Assembly: GCA_964187785.1 (NCBI GenBank)
Contig: OZ076411.1
Span: 62,000,001-62,064,000, forward strand
Direction of reading: 5' to 3'
From: Amphiscolops sp. MND2022
Taxonomy: Eukaryota
Length of the DNA stretch: 64,000 nt
Below are positions 12,479-26,000 of the stretch, piece after piece (within the stretch, counting starts at the first letter, position 1; each line of letters opens with the position of its first letter). The position numbers were made by a program, and so were the translations under genes. The notes under the pieces are model-generated. The model saw nothing but the letters and a program-made list of their open reading frames with translations. It was not told where the DNA came from and did no database searches.

Positions 12479-15400
12479 AAATTTTCAGGAAATTTTTTCT
12501 GGACATCATTGCCCATCGAGGCAATTCATCATCCTGATTTTTTTAGCGAACACCGAGTTGGTCGTTCTCGGATACTTCAGTTTCAAGTCAACTTGCTCAG
12601 CTAATTTTGATTCCTTACGCACTTGAAATCATCATGGTCGCAAATTCCCAATTGCTTATTAAACGTATCCTGGCCTAGAGTTTTTTTCAAATGCAGCAAT
12701 TAGCAACTGAAAGTAATTCTTTATACTCAATATGATTATATGGCCACGATGGTTTACGATATAATAACCATTGACTTTATATTTAGGGCTTTTATTTAAA
12801 AAACTTGCTCTAATACACATTTGAATTCGAATAATTGGAAACTGGCCGACTGAAAAGTTCAACAGTCTATTGATCTGTACTGAGAATTACATGACTTCAC
12901 AGGATGAAACCTTGAGGGCATAAAACATGGATAAATGGATTTGCTATTGACAAATATAAACAGAGAAATTTCGGTTTAGATTGAAAGAAATAGTAGAAGC
13001 AAATGAATAGAGCTACCGTCATGCTGCTTGCATCCAACAACAATACAACCTTCTTTCATTCCTATCAGACAAAAACCAGCTTTTGAAAAGGTGCAGGGTA
13101 ACCATAAAGGTTATTATATGTTCATAGCAAATATCATACCATTGCCTAAGTCGTCGCGAACACATTCAAGTATTCACATAATTTACTTCCCGTCACGCTA
13201 GGAAGGGTATTATAAAACCTCTCTCAATGAAACCTCAACGTTTTTCATCCATTTGAAAAGGAAGAAGGAAATATTGATCAATGACTAAGTTTGATGAATA
13301 AATGCTCTATACCAGGAAGTTTGCAATAGCTAGGAAGTATCAGGTCATTTGCAAACGTCACTTGCGGAATTGAAATTATTTAGTTTTTTGAGAAAACATT
13401 CACTTACAAACACAGCAGGATAGCATTGCAGTATATTATTCCATACGAATGCGGGCGACATTATTTTGCACTTGAAAAACCCAAACTGAATTTTTTTCTG
13501 AACTCTGAACTGAATTTTATTAAAAAATAAATTTCGATATTTACATAGGACATTAAAAAACAAAATCTTGTGAATAAATCTAAACTTATTCAAAATTTTG
13601 AATGAATTAAACATCAAGTTAAACCTTGTCAAATGAGGCATTGAATTTTGTTTCAAGAAGTAATATATTGTCTACTCGCCAGATGGAAATTCCGATAAAA
13701 TTCTAATTTCATTAATTAGAAGTCTAAGCATATCCAATCAACTTTTTTTATTTGAGCAGGGCCGCTCTTTTCCGAGGACTGTTTTATAATGATCAAACAA
13801 ACAGCATAAAAGGAATCACTTCAACAACCGATTTGATTCATTTTAGTGACGGCTCAATGACCTTTCAAATGCAAATGACCTGTTCTACGATTTTTCAAGC
13901 AGCACAATCTCAAAATTGAGGGAAAATAACCGAGCAAAGAAATAATATCAGTTTCTACTGTTTAATGAACTGACTACATCTAGCATCTATACCGGTTTAG
14001 TATACTTGTTCCAGAATGTAGCAGTTTATTGCGTCTTGGGTTTGGATTGACCTCCAGTTGATGACTTAGAGCAAACCGAAAAAGCGAGAAGCAAGAGCGC
14101 GTTGATCAACACAAAAGCCGCTCCTCCGAAGATAGCTACCAATACTGGCATGTTGGTGTAAAACCTCTCGTAAAACATGGGCCATATCTTTTCCTTGGAT
14201 GGCTTATAAATTACTTTGTTTTTATGAACCTTCTCTATGAAGTTTACTGCCTTTGAAGCTCCACCTGCGGTTTCTAATTTTTGTTTCAAGCTGTCTATGT
14301 TCGCCTTGAATTCCGCGTTCCGTTTTTGAATCTTCTTAACCGCGCCATCCAAATTTTCAAACTTCAAGTCCGTTGAGATTTGAACTCCGATCTTTTTGGA
14401 ATCAACCACGTTGGCAACATGAAACTGCTCCAAATACCCAGGGCGACAAACCGCGAATTTGCCAGACATGATTCCATCGAGAACAACCTGGGCGTCGCAT
14501 TGAGAAACAACGATGTCAACTTTGCCATTCTGAATGATAGTCTGACTGTCTGCATCGCCGGTTACAAACACGTTGTCATCACTGTACCCGTACACCTGTT
14601 GTTCTTGGAAGTGCTTTATCTTTTTCACATTCAGGTGGAAGAAAAATCGATGAGAATAACTTTTAGCATTATCAATCACACTTTTTATTTCATCGTAATC
14701 GATGTTTGTTAAAGACCCCATAGTTACAAGCACGATGGGTTTGGACGACAGCGAAAAGTTTCAGGAAATTTTTTCTGGACATCATTGCCCATCGAGGCAA
14801 TTCATCATCCTGATTTTTTTAGCGAACACCGAGTTGGTCGTTCTCGGATACTTCAGTTTCAAGTCAACTTGCTCAGCTAATTTTGATTCCTTACGCACTT
14901 GAAATCATCATGGTCGCAAATTCCCAATTGCTTATTAAACGTATCCTGGCCTAGAGTTTTTTTCAAATGCAGCAATTAGCAACTGAAAGTAATTCTTTAT
15001 ACTCAATATGATTATATGGCCACGATGGTTTACGATATAATAACCATTGACTTTATATTTAGGGCTTTTATTTAAAAAACTTGCTCTAATACACATTTGA
15101 ATTCGAATAATTGGAAACTGGCCGACTGAAAAGTTCAACAGTCTATTGATCTGTACTGAGAATTACATGACTTCACAGGATGAAACCTTGAGGGCATAAA
15201 ACATGGATAAATGGATTTGCTATTGACAAATATAAACAGAGAAATTTCGGTTTAGATTGAAAGAAATAGTAGAAGCAAATGAATAGAGCTACCGTCATGC
15301 TGCTTGCATCCAACAACAATACAACCTTCTTTCATTCCTATCAGACAAAAACCAGCTTTTGAAAAGGTGCAGGGTAACCATAAAGGTTATTATATGTTCA

Positions 15401-17031
15401 TAGCAAATATCATACCATTGCCTAAGTCGTCGCGAACACATTCAAGTATTCACATAATTTACTTCCCGTCACGCTAGGAAGGGTATTATAAAACCTCTCT
15501 CAATGAAACCTCAACGTTTTTCATCCATTTGAAAAGGAAGAAGGAAATATTGATCAATGACTAAGTTTGATGAATAAATGCTCTATACCAGGAAGTTTGC
15601 AATAGCTAGGAAGTATCAGGTCATTTGCAAACGTCACTTGCGGAATTGAAATTATTTAGTTTTTTGAGAAAACATTCACTTACAAACACAGCAGGATAGC
15701 ATTGCAGTATATTATTCCATACGAATGCGGGCGACATTATTTTGCACTTGAAAAACCCAAACTGAATTTTTTCTGAACTCTGAACTGAATTTTATTAAAA
15801 AATAAATTTCGATATTTACATAAGACATTAAAAAACAAAATCTTGTGAATAAATCTAAACTTATTCAAAATTTTGAATGAATTAAACATCAAGTTAAACC
15901 TTGTCAAATGAGGCATTGAATTTTGTTTCAAGAAGTAATATATTGTCTACTCGCCAGATGGAAATTCCGATAAAATTCTAATTTCATTAATTAGAAGTCT
16001 AAGCATATCCAATCAACTTTTTTTATTTGAGCAGGGCCGCTCTTTTCCGAGGACTGTTTTATAATGATCAAACAAACAGCATAAAAGGAATCACTTCAAC
16101 AACCGATTTGATTCATTTTAGTGACGGCTCAATGACCTTTCAAATGCAAATGACCTGTTCTACGATTTTTCAAGCAGCACAATCTCAAAATTGAGGGAAA
16201 ATAACCGAGCAAAGAAATAATATCAGTTTCTACTGTTTAATGAACTGACTACATCTAGCATCTATACCGGTTTAGTATACTTGTTCCAGAATGTAGCAGT
16301 TTATTGCGTCTTGGGTTTGGATTGACCTCCAGTTGATGACTTAGAGCAAACCGAAAAAGCGAGAAGCAAGAGCGCGTTGATCAACACAAAAGCCGCTCCT
16401 CCGAAGATAGCTACCAATACTGGCATGTTGGTGTAAAACCTCTCGTAAAACATGGGCCATATCTTTTCCTTGGATGGCTTATAAATTACTTTGTTTTTAT
16501 GAACCTTCTCTATGAAGTCTACTGCCTTTGAAGCTCCACCTGCGGTTTCTAATTTTTGTTTCAAGCTGTCTATGTTCGCCTTGAATTCCGCCTTCCGTTT
16601 TTGAATCTTCTTAACCGCGCCATCCAAATTTTCAAACTTCAAGTCCGTTGAGATTTGAACTCCGATCTTTTTGGAATCAACCACGTTGGCAACATGAAAC
16701 TGCTCCAAATACCCAGGGCGACAAACCGCGAATTTGCCAGACATGATTCCATCGAGAACAACCTGGGCGTCGCATTGAGAAACAACGATGTCAACTTTGC
16801 CATTCTGAATGATAGTCTGACTGTCTGCATCGCCGGTTACAAACACGTTGTCATCACTGTACCCGTACACCTGTTGTTCTTGGAAGTGCTTTATCTTTTT
16901 CACATTCAGGTGGAAGAAAAATCGATGAGAATAACTTTTAGCATTATCAATCACACTTTTTATTTCATCGTAATCGATGTTTGTTAAAGACCCCATAGTT
17001 ACAAGCACGATGGGTTTGGACGACAGCGAAA
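12479..17031. repeat. Direct tandem duplication of a ~2276-bp unit (about 12479-14756 and 14755-17031)
   Basis: The two units are near-identical; I found only about 4 differences (1-nt indel in a T run, one non-coding substitution, K/N and D/N codon changes). ORF pairs are offset by 2276 and 2275 bp. Confidence 0.95.
14026..14756 (-). pseudogene. Duplicated 3' half of the UGT last exon (C-terminal domain plus TM, ~240 codons)
   Basis: Identical to residues from KPIVLVTMGS to the stop of the 16301 exon except 2 substitutions; no 5' exons and no obvious splice acceptor at the junction. Confidence 0.85.
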
Positions 17032-20000
17032 TCCATTTTCCTATCTTGCTTTTCTCTGATATTGTTTTAGCTTTCACTTCGTAGCCTATAGGGCTGTATC
17101 TTTCCGCGTTATGAGTTGATGACGTAAGAAGGGCGCCACCTTGGTTCAAAATGGAAAAGCCCAAATGGTAGTCGTAGGGAGTAAGATACTGTCCCTGAAA
17201 CACTAGATTTGTCCTCAAATCCATAACTTTGTCAGTCCCTGGTTTACAGATAGCTCGCAAGGCAAACAAGTACTGAAGCACATCTTTCATGGACTTGAAA
17301 CTCCACGAGTGGTAGCCATAGAAAGATGAATCGTTGATTGGAGGCAGTAGCATGTTGTTGACGACCAATGGGATGCGTTTCTGCTCAGCCACCATCATTG
17401 TGCCCATCGAGTAACTGTCACACAGAATGACGTCAAAAGTCTTCTCATCGTTGTTGGCGAAAAAGTCTAAGGCTGTTTGGTAAGTCAACGGGAACGCCTT
17501 CTCGTATCTAAAACATGGCGAACTTCATTTATAATGAACATTTACGGAAATAATTCAACTTCGGTGCAACTTGAAAATAGTCGAATTTTAATGATTTTAC
17601 GATGGGAAGACGATTGAAAATCAAGGACTCAAGACACTAATTCATACGAGGTTAGATATATTCTGACGGAGGATATGCGACCACTGTCGTTTCAGAATAT
17701 CAGGCACTTGAATTTTCGAGGATTGAAAAGATGATTATTGCCAAAGTAAACTGCGGTCGATGCTTTCCATGAATTTCGACTTGGGAACTAACCTCTCTCC
17801 GAACTCGTACATGGCATCTGAGGCCTCGTCATGGGGATCGACAGACAAGTTTTCCAGGTCGATTGCACTCTGATGCACTGTGACGTTGTTGGCCGTGTCT
17901 CCCAACGATGGTATCACCCAGCTCTCGCAGTGGCCGAACAGCAACACTGTCACCTTATGACCTCTGGACACCAACTCGGAGATTGGCTCTGAAAAGAAAA
18001 CAGACGCCAAACGTAACTGACAGAGTTGACCACAGTCATTCTTATCATCATAATTAAACTTGAAAATCCAATGAAAAAGGCCTAGAAAGTTCCATTACAG
18101 TGCATCTGCAAGCTAAATCGCTACAGACACATTTCTGTGCGTGTAGGCCCTCCGATTCCGTGGACACATCTTTAAACGTGTAAAATTCGCTAATCAGCAC
18201 TGATTTTGCGGAAACCACGCCACGAAATTTGGCCTTTTTTGGATTCCGAGGGCATCGCCTAATACGTTAGCCGGTTTCAGTTTCTGGATTCCGGGACCAA
18301 GATCAAATTCGTGTCTTGGATTCCATAAAAAGCATATTAAGCTTAGGATTTCTCGGATGCGACACGCTACATAAGGACTAAGATATTTTTGTTCTTCTCC
18401 GTAGCTCCGTCCTCTATCTAAGAGGTTGCAGATCGATATGCCGTCAATCAGTGATTTTAGAGTCATCTATTAGCGCCATTGTTCACGAGGGAGGGATGTC
18501 CTAAGCAGGTCAATCCTTCGGGTGCAACTTATCATGTAATCACACTATTCCATCATAATTATACTTTCTAAATCCAGGAAAGCTACTAAAACAGGCCATA
18601 TCTGCAACAATTCACACTTGGTAAAATCTTGTCATTCCAATACTACTTCATCTCAAGAAGCAACTTAACCTAACAATGCCAACAACCAAACAATTCAAAA
18701 AAATATGAAATTCAAATTTTGTTCACGGGGGCACAAAGACTAGAAGGCAATCACGCTCGTTCTTCGCTTTTTTTAAGGATGTTAAAACACTAAGCACTGA
18801 TTGGAGGATTATATTATTTTATGAACACTAACAATTATAGTTAAAGTACGCTAACAAAAAATTTTTTTAAAAGGAATTCCCTGAAATACCAAACTGTTTG
18901 CGGAACCATGAAAAAGTAAAATCTCAACACCATAGTGCATACAGTTCAACTAACGCTCCCATTGTGCTGGGAAGCAACAAGCACGGGGCCCTATTCGTCT
19001 ATAGAGGGACGTGCAACAATGACAATTCCCTTCCCTCCTCTTTCTTTTTATCGCAAGGGCGGCATCACACAAGTGTGGCATTGTTCACGCAACAGCACCT
19101 TTGAAACTCCAGCATCACTGTGTTGCACAACCTCACAACATTACATTTTTATCGCTGCGATTTGCCTGGATAGTTCAGAGGGGAGAATCAATATAATACG
19201 AGCTACACAAATCAAACAGTGCAACTTCGCCAAATGTGCAAACTCTTAATGGGAGTAAGTGAACGATAACGAAAAGCTCAAACTAAGGATGGAGAAAAAA
19301 CGTCACCCGTTTTCGAATAAGAACCAACTTACCTCCCCAAAAAGTTTCACTTACCAAAAAGAAAAGTTCAAAATGCCAACAATAGGCTCAGATGAATAAT
19401 GAAAGTAATTTATAGCTTTAATTCAATGATAACCAATTAGTTCAAGTTGAAACTTTTTTCACTATTGCTCCTTCCGTAATTTTTTTCAAAAGCGAATTGC
19501 ATTCAAATTTCACAGGGTTACCAAAAACAACATACACTTGATTTCACGACGGAAAAATTTCAAGGCTCAGCAAATATTTAAGTATGCTTTTGACAAAAAA
19601 TCGAAAAGGCAAAAGCATCACCGCTTTTATTCAGAATAAAAGTTAAGTGTTTCATTATGTTTTGAAACTAAAAGTATATTCTTAACGAAAGGGTTTTAAG
19701 AAAAAAGTATTCAAATTAAGTCAAAGAAATGAGTCAAGGCTACAAAATTTGTTGGTGCAGCGAGAATATAGTTCCAGAAAAATTAAAGTAAAAATTTACA
19801 AAAATACCAAGCGATATAACTTTCGCAATTTTCGTTCAAATTCAAAACAAAAATTACTACAGTAATTTTGATGGAAATCGGAGACTTTAGCTTCAGTGAC
19901 TTTTTTGTCTAACGCATATTCAAAAAAAATACTGAGCTTTCACCTTCGATATCAGCTGTATTTAACTTGTTTCCAATCGTTGGAATGTCTGTAGGTACCA

Positions 20001-23000
20001 TTAGGGTTTCCATCTATACAAAGATTTCGGTATACTGGGTTACCAGGCAGAAGCGCCCAAAATACGCAGCCATGAGCACCCCCAATCAAAGGCAACAAAG
20101 GATTTGCTGAATCTTTTCCACCACCAACTTTAAATTCCTCACTCCATTTAAATAAAGCCAAACCTGACATTACCGATGAATTATCATTTTACTTGAACAC
20201 CTTCAAATAGGTTTAATTAGAGGCAGTGAAATCAGCTCGAAAATTGGCAAGGCGCTTTTGACTGGGGGTCTTCCGACTGCACAAAATGGGCGCTGTTGTG
20301 ACTCAACATTTTGATCGATGAATTTCGACGTGAAATCTTTTGAATAGTTTTGGATTGTTGTTTAATTCGTATTGCTCATAGCAAGTTCTCCTGAATGGAA
20401 TTATTCAAAAATTAATCTTTGCGTTTTTGCAAGATATAGAAACGAAACTCAAGAAAAGAAAAGAGAAAGAGGAAACCAATTCCTCAGGTAAATATATTTT
20501 GAAACTGTCCCCTCTTTGTTACCCCTCCTCTTTTCTGATTATTCTTATATAATAAATATATTTTATATAATATCAGTTATTTTACTGGTCTCAACCATTT
20601 ACTAATCTTAGTCAGTGTTTCCGGGCATTTCTGACGATTCATTTTATGGCCACTGTCCCCACGACTGCTATAACGAATTCACCCATTATGCGAGGTCAGT
20701 AACATAATTTTGGCGCCCAACGTGTAAAGTCGATCCCATTCTTCGTGTCAGTTACCACGTTGGTTGCAATTCGTTTCGTCTCTGGGATTCTTCTTTCTAG
20801 TTGTTCCAATCTTCGTTACGTCTCCTGTTCATCCGTCGCTTTTGTTTTATTTGATATATTCGAACAACTGTGAGGAGTATAAACTTTTGATTTACCTACA
20901 TTTTCATTCGTTTCGTTATGTTTCGCATTTGTTGCGTTATTATCATCTTTTACGTCTTTCATTATGTTTATCATCGGAGCCAGCTGTCTCGATAATATCC
21001 TAAAGTCAACGTCCATCCCTCATTCCTTTCGTTATTCACTCTCCAAAAGATCCTTTGCAATACGAGGACTCAGTTTCAACACTTCTTCGATTTATCGTTT
21101 CAAAGTTTTGCAAAATCTTCTTCGTCGTGGCCCACTCGCATGCAAACCAAACATAGTCATTTGGCACGACGTCATTAGTAACAGTCTCTCGAAGCATCAG
21201 AGCAACAATTACACATCCCTGTCACCTGAAGAGCTGATTCAACTGCTCTTTGAATTCCGAAATCGCATCCGCGCCATTGTTTACGTTCAACGGAGTGGAA
21301 GTCCAAACATCCTGAAAGAACTTTTTTCATCTGGAATCCTCATTTTAGACGCTCAAAATAAATTGTTGTCTCAACGAAAACGAAGGACTCCTTCTGTCAT
21401 CCGTGCGTTGAGTAGTGTTCACCCTTCGCTTGCCTTGGATTCCCATTTACTTCACATTGTAGTCAAGCATCAACAAAACCTTGTTTCACTCCTGAAGAAA
21501 CAGCGCAAAAACAAGCGAGACAGGCTGTCCTTCCAGGCTCATCAATAACATCTGTTGCTAACGATTTTTTGATCCTTGTGACACTCAAAGTGCGTTAACT
21601 CGCACGGGTCGATCAGGGTGAGATTAGTCGTTCGTAACATCTTTCCGAAAAAGGAACATCTTTCGTTTCCATCGAAATTTTTCAGCTGCTTCGCAATGCC
21701 TCCCAAAACTTATAATTTACGCAATCGTGAGCCATCTAACGGTGACGATGCCCATGTTGACGTCTCGGCCGACACTCAAACTGTCGACTCTGAGCCTTCT
21801 GAAATCAACACTATCCACAGCCTCATTTTGTTACAGCAGGAAGAAGTTGCAAGTTTGTTACCTTTTGGCAATGATTTGCTGACTAACTACACAGATTTTG
21901 ATGATATTAGTTCCGTTACGTCGGAATTAACAGTTGCTGAAGCTGAGCTTGTTCGATTGACGAAATCTTTAGCCCTTCATATCTCAACCACAGACTTCGC
22001 ACCTCATGCCAACAAATTGACATCTATCAAACTCGACATTCGTCGCTTCAAGGTATCTGTGGCTAGAAGCAAAAGGTCCTCTTGTAGTGGTAGTAACTCT
22101 AACGATTCTCCGGCGCCGGCCGCTGCAACTTCTGACCTTCCTTCTTCATCGTCTTCGCATCATCCCCACGGAGACGACTCTACTGCTGTACCTCCATTAA
22201 CCAATGCCGTTTCATTTTCATCAACCACTTTTGAGCCCAATATGCCATTGTCAAACAATCTTCAAACTAATCCTTTCGGTATTACGCAATCGGTCGACAC
22301 ATCTACGCATGAAAATGCTATTGATCCAGCGTCCATCAGCACGACCAACGCCCTTCATGACAATACAGACACTGTGCCACCGCAACGTCGACTGACCTTG
22401 CCAAAAATTCAACAACCTGTTTTCCAGGGCGATCCCTTGGCTTGGTTAGATCGGTTTGGTCTTTTTTCCGCTACCATCGACAGCGCTGCAATTTCGCAAG
22501 CGGAAAAGATCATCCACTTACAAACTCTTGTCTCTGGAGAACCAAAAGCATTAATTGCCGGTTATGGTTGTAATCCCGCGATGTACCAGTATGCACTATC
22601 TAGATTGAAGTCAACATACGGCAAACCTGATCGTATTGTGATGTCATTTCTTCAACGTCATCAACTGATGATCCGAATTCCATCACGAACTATGCAAATT
22701 TCATCTCTTCTCTTGTCGATACCTTCACACAATTAAAGTTTCTCCATGACATTCACTCCACCGTCAATCTTACCAGTGCACTTTCGAAACTGCCGGCCGA
22801 TGTTAGGCTAAATTGGAATCGCCACGTGCTATCGCAAAACATCAAAGACCCGTCGCTCAGAAATTTTGCTCCTTGGCTTCAAAACTTTGCTACAGCTTGT
22901 CGTGACAGCTTTATTCCTTTCTCTGACACTAATCACAACGGACGTTCCTCCTCATCAACAAATGCGCGAGCTCAAGGCCACAATTCCAAAACGCCGTTCG

Positions 23001-26000
23001 TCAAACCGTCTTCTCAATTTAGTTTATGTCCGGAGAAGAAAGGTTGTGTCTACTTGGGCAGCTGCGAGCATTTCAAAGCATTTTCTCCAATAGACCGCAA
23101 AAATTACGCTAAGAAGTACCACTTGTGCTTCAACTGTCTGAAGGGTCATAACTTCAATAATTGCAAGTCAACAAAAGTTTGTCAGCAACCTGGATGTATG
23201 AAAAAACACCACACCTTGCTCCATATTGACAGACAAGGTCAAAATCAAATACAATCTTTCACATTGTCCACTTCGCGGCTGCTAAACCCCGGTCTCCGTC
23301 CAATTGTGCCTGTGACTGTTTCATCGGGTGGTAAAACTGCAGACGTGTTCGCCCTTCTAGACACAGGCAGCTCAGTGTCTTTGATCACCAAGAAAATTGC
23401 TGAACATTTAGTCGGTCATTTACCAGAGTCTTCCCCTATTCTTCTTGAAGGCGTCAACACTACATCAACAGTTGCTGCTATATCACTCGACTTGACAATT
23501 GCTCCTTACAATGCCGCAGCGGCAATGCCATTGCGCAATGTTTTGGCGGTGCCTACCTTGAACCTCCAAACATTTGATTCAGCGCCCATCAATTCATTGT
23601 GCCAACAGTACCCTCACCTGCAACACGTCTCATTTCCTTACCTAAAACAATCGACTGTCGATCTTCTCATCGGTTCGGATCAATTCGACCTCATTCATAG
23701 TCGTACTGTGATTCGAGGGCCGCCCAACACACCTTGTGCTATGTCGACAAAACTTGGTTGGACAGTTGCCGGTCGTTCGATACTTTCGACAACAGCTGCC
23801 ACAAACGTTACAAATCTTCGATCTCGACATGAAGCTCTCTTCCAGCAAGTTCAAGAGTGGATGCACATTGATTGCTCTGGCATCACGAGTAGCAAAAAAA
23901 GTCTGTCTGCTGAAGATCAGCAAGCTCTCTCCATCTTGAAGAAAACTACCAAACTTGTTGATGGACACTTTGAAATTGGCCTCCTTTGGAAGAACCAAGT
24001 CTCTCTGCCTAACAACAAATGGGTAGCTCAAAAACAGCTATCGTCACTTGAAATCAAGTTGGCACGAAAACCTCAACTAGGTTCTCTTTACGAAGCGTCC
24101 ATTGCAACCGACATCGAGAAGGGATACGTGTCTGTTGTACCTGACTCCGAAGCGAATCGAGAAGACGCTTGGTATCTTCCACATCACCCTGTAACCAATG
24201 TAAATAAACCTGGTAAAATTCGAAGAGTAACCAATGCATCATCAGTTTATCAAGGTACTTCGCTGAATTCTAGTCTCCTGAAAGGACCTGACTTGTTGTG
24301 TAACCTTACTGGTTTGATTATGCGCTTTCGCGAAAAATGTGTAGCCTTATCCGCTGACATTGAAGCAATGTTCATGCAAGTTTCAGTACCCCCTTCAGAT
24401 AGACGCTTCTTACGATATTTATGGCGTAACGAAGTTCATGAGTACAATCGCCATATTTTTGGTGCCACAGATTCACCCTGTGCTGCTTGCTACGCTGTTC
24501 GACAATGCGCCGAGGACAACAAAACTGTCTATCCTGAGGTTCCAAATTTGGTCGCTCGTCACATCTACATGGACGATCTCTATGAGTCGACTGATACCCT
24601 CGAAGAAGCAAAGAATTTGCGCACAGTCCTCCAAACAGTTTTAGCAACCGGTGGTTTCAATTTAACGAAATGGACGTCCAACAACCTTGAATTCAATCAG
24701 TCCATTCCAGAGTCCGACAGGTCGAATTCAGCACCAATCAATCCAAACAAGAAAGTTATCGACAGAGTATTAGGCGTGAAATGGAATACGATTGACGATT
24801 GCTATCTTTTGGAACCTACCAATTTTCAAGACACTCCAAAAAAGCTAACTCAAAGAACACTACTGAAGTACGTTTCTTCAATTTTTGACCCTCTTGGTAT
24901 GTCGTCACCTATTCAAATTCGCGTTCGCACCTCTCTTCAGCAAATTTGGAAGGGTAACCAGCATTGGGATCGTCCCATCGCGCTTGCAGATTATCCTGAG
25001 CTGAAAAATTTTTTCGAAGATGTAGCGAATCTTTCGACAGTTCACATCAAGCGACATTATTTCGAAGCTTCCAAACAACCAGTTCGTAAAGAATTACACG
25101 TTTTTAACGATGCTTCTGAAAAAGCAATAGCCAATGTTGTATTTCTTCGTACAGTTTTCTCCGACAAATCCGTGAGTCTCAGTTTCATTCTAGGAAAAGC
25201 TCGAGTAGCACCAATCAAGAGAATGACCACCCCCAATCTCGAACTATTGGCAGCAACGAACGGAGCCAAACTGGCTCAATTCATCAAAGAAGAGCAAAAC
25301 TTTTCTTTTGACACAATTGTATATTGGACAGACAGCACTACAGTTCTATCTTGGATCAACTCATCCGAGAGCCGACACAAAATTTTCATAGCCAACCGTA
25401 TATACATCATTCTCTCAACTTCGACTGTGTCGCAGTGGCGTTACGTTCCGACAGACTTGAATCCGGCCGACGATGGTACTAGAGGAATACCGGTTTCAAA
25501 TTTTACATCCGAGTCACGATGGCTCAAAGGACCCGATTTCCTACTGAAAAATCCAGAGACTTGGCCAGAAAGATCACACATCGCACCCGAATGTCCAATT
25601 TCTTGTTTCCCCCTGCACCCAAATGACGCAATCGTATCTTTTCAAAATTTTAGTCAATGGACTCGTCTCCTCAAAACCGTTGCATTCTGTTATTTATTGT
25701 TGGACAAACACCGTCGCATCAACGATAGATTTGGTGTTGCTCACCTTATGAAAGCGTTCAGATGGATCTTATTGGAGACTCAACGAACTTCGTTTCCGGA
25801 AGAAATCAACGCTCTAAGGAATCAAAAACCTCCTGCGTCTAACTCACGAATATCATCGCTCTCTCCATTTCTTGATCGTCAAGGTCTTCTTCGCTCTCGC
25901 GGCAGGCTTTCCAAAGCTAAATATCTGCTTGTGGCTCGTTACCCAATCATTCTTGATTCGAAACATCCGGCAGTAAAACTATTTCTCCTCCATATACACA

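Noticed and set aside
12659-13656. Minus-strand ORFs MNFSVGQ... and MKQNSMP..., repeated at 14935 and 15737
   Set aside because: They recur only because of the tandem duplication; AT-rich, no motifs, and one is broken by a 1-nt indel between copies.
17735-18010. ORF-track start (TTG at 18010) and stop (17735) for the UGT middle exon
   Set aside because: Splice signals at 17989 and 17792 give a better, in-phase exon of 17988-17793.
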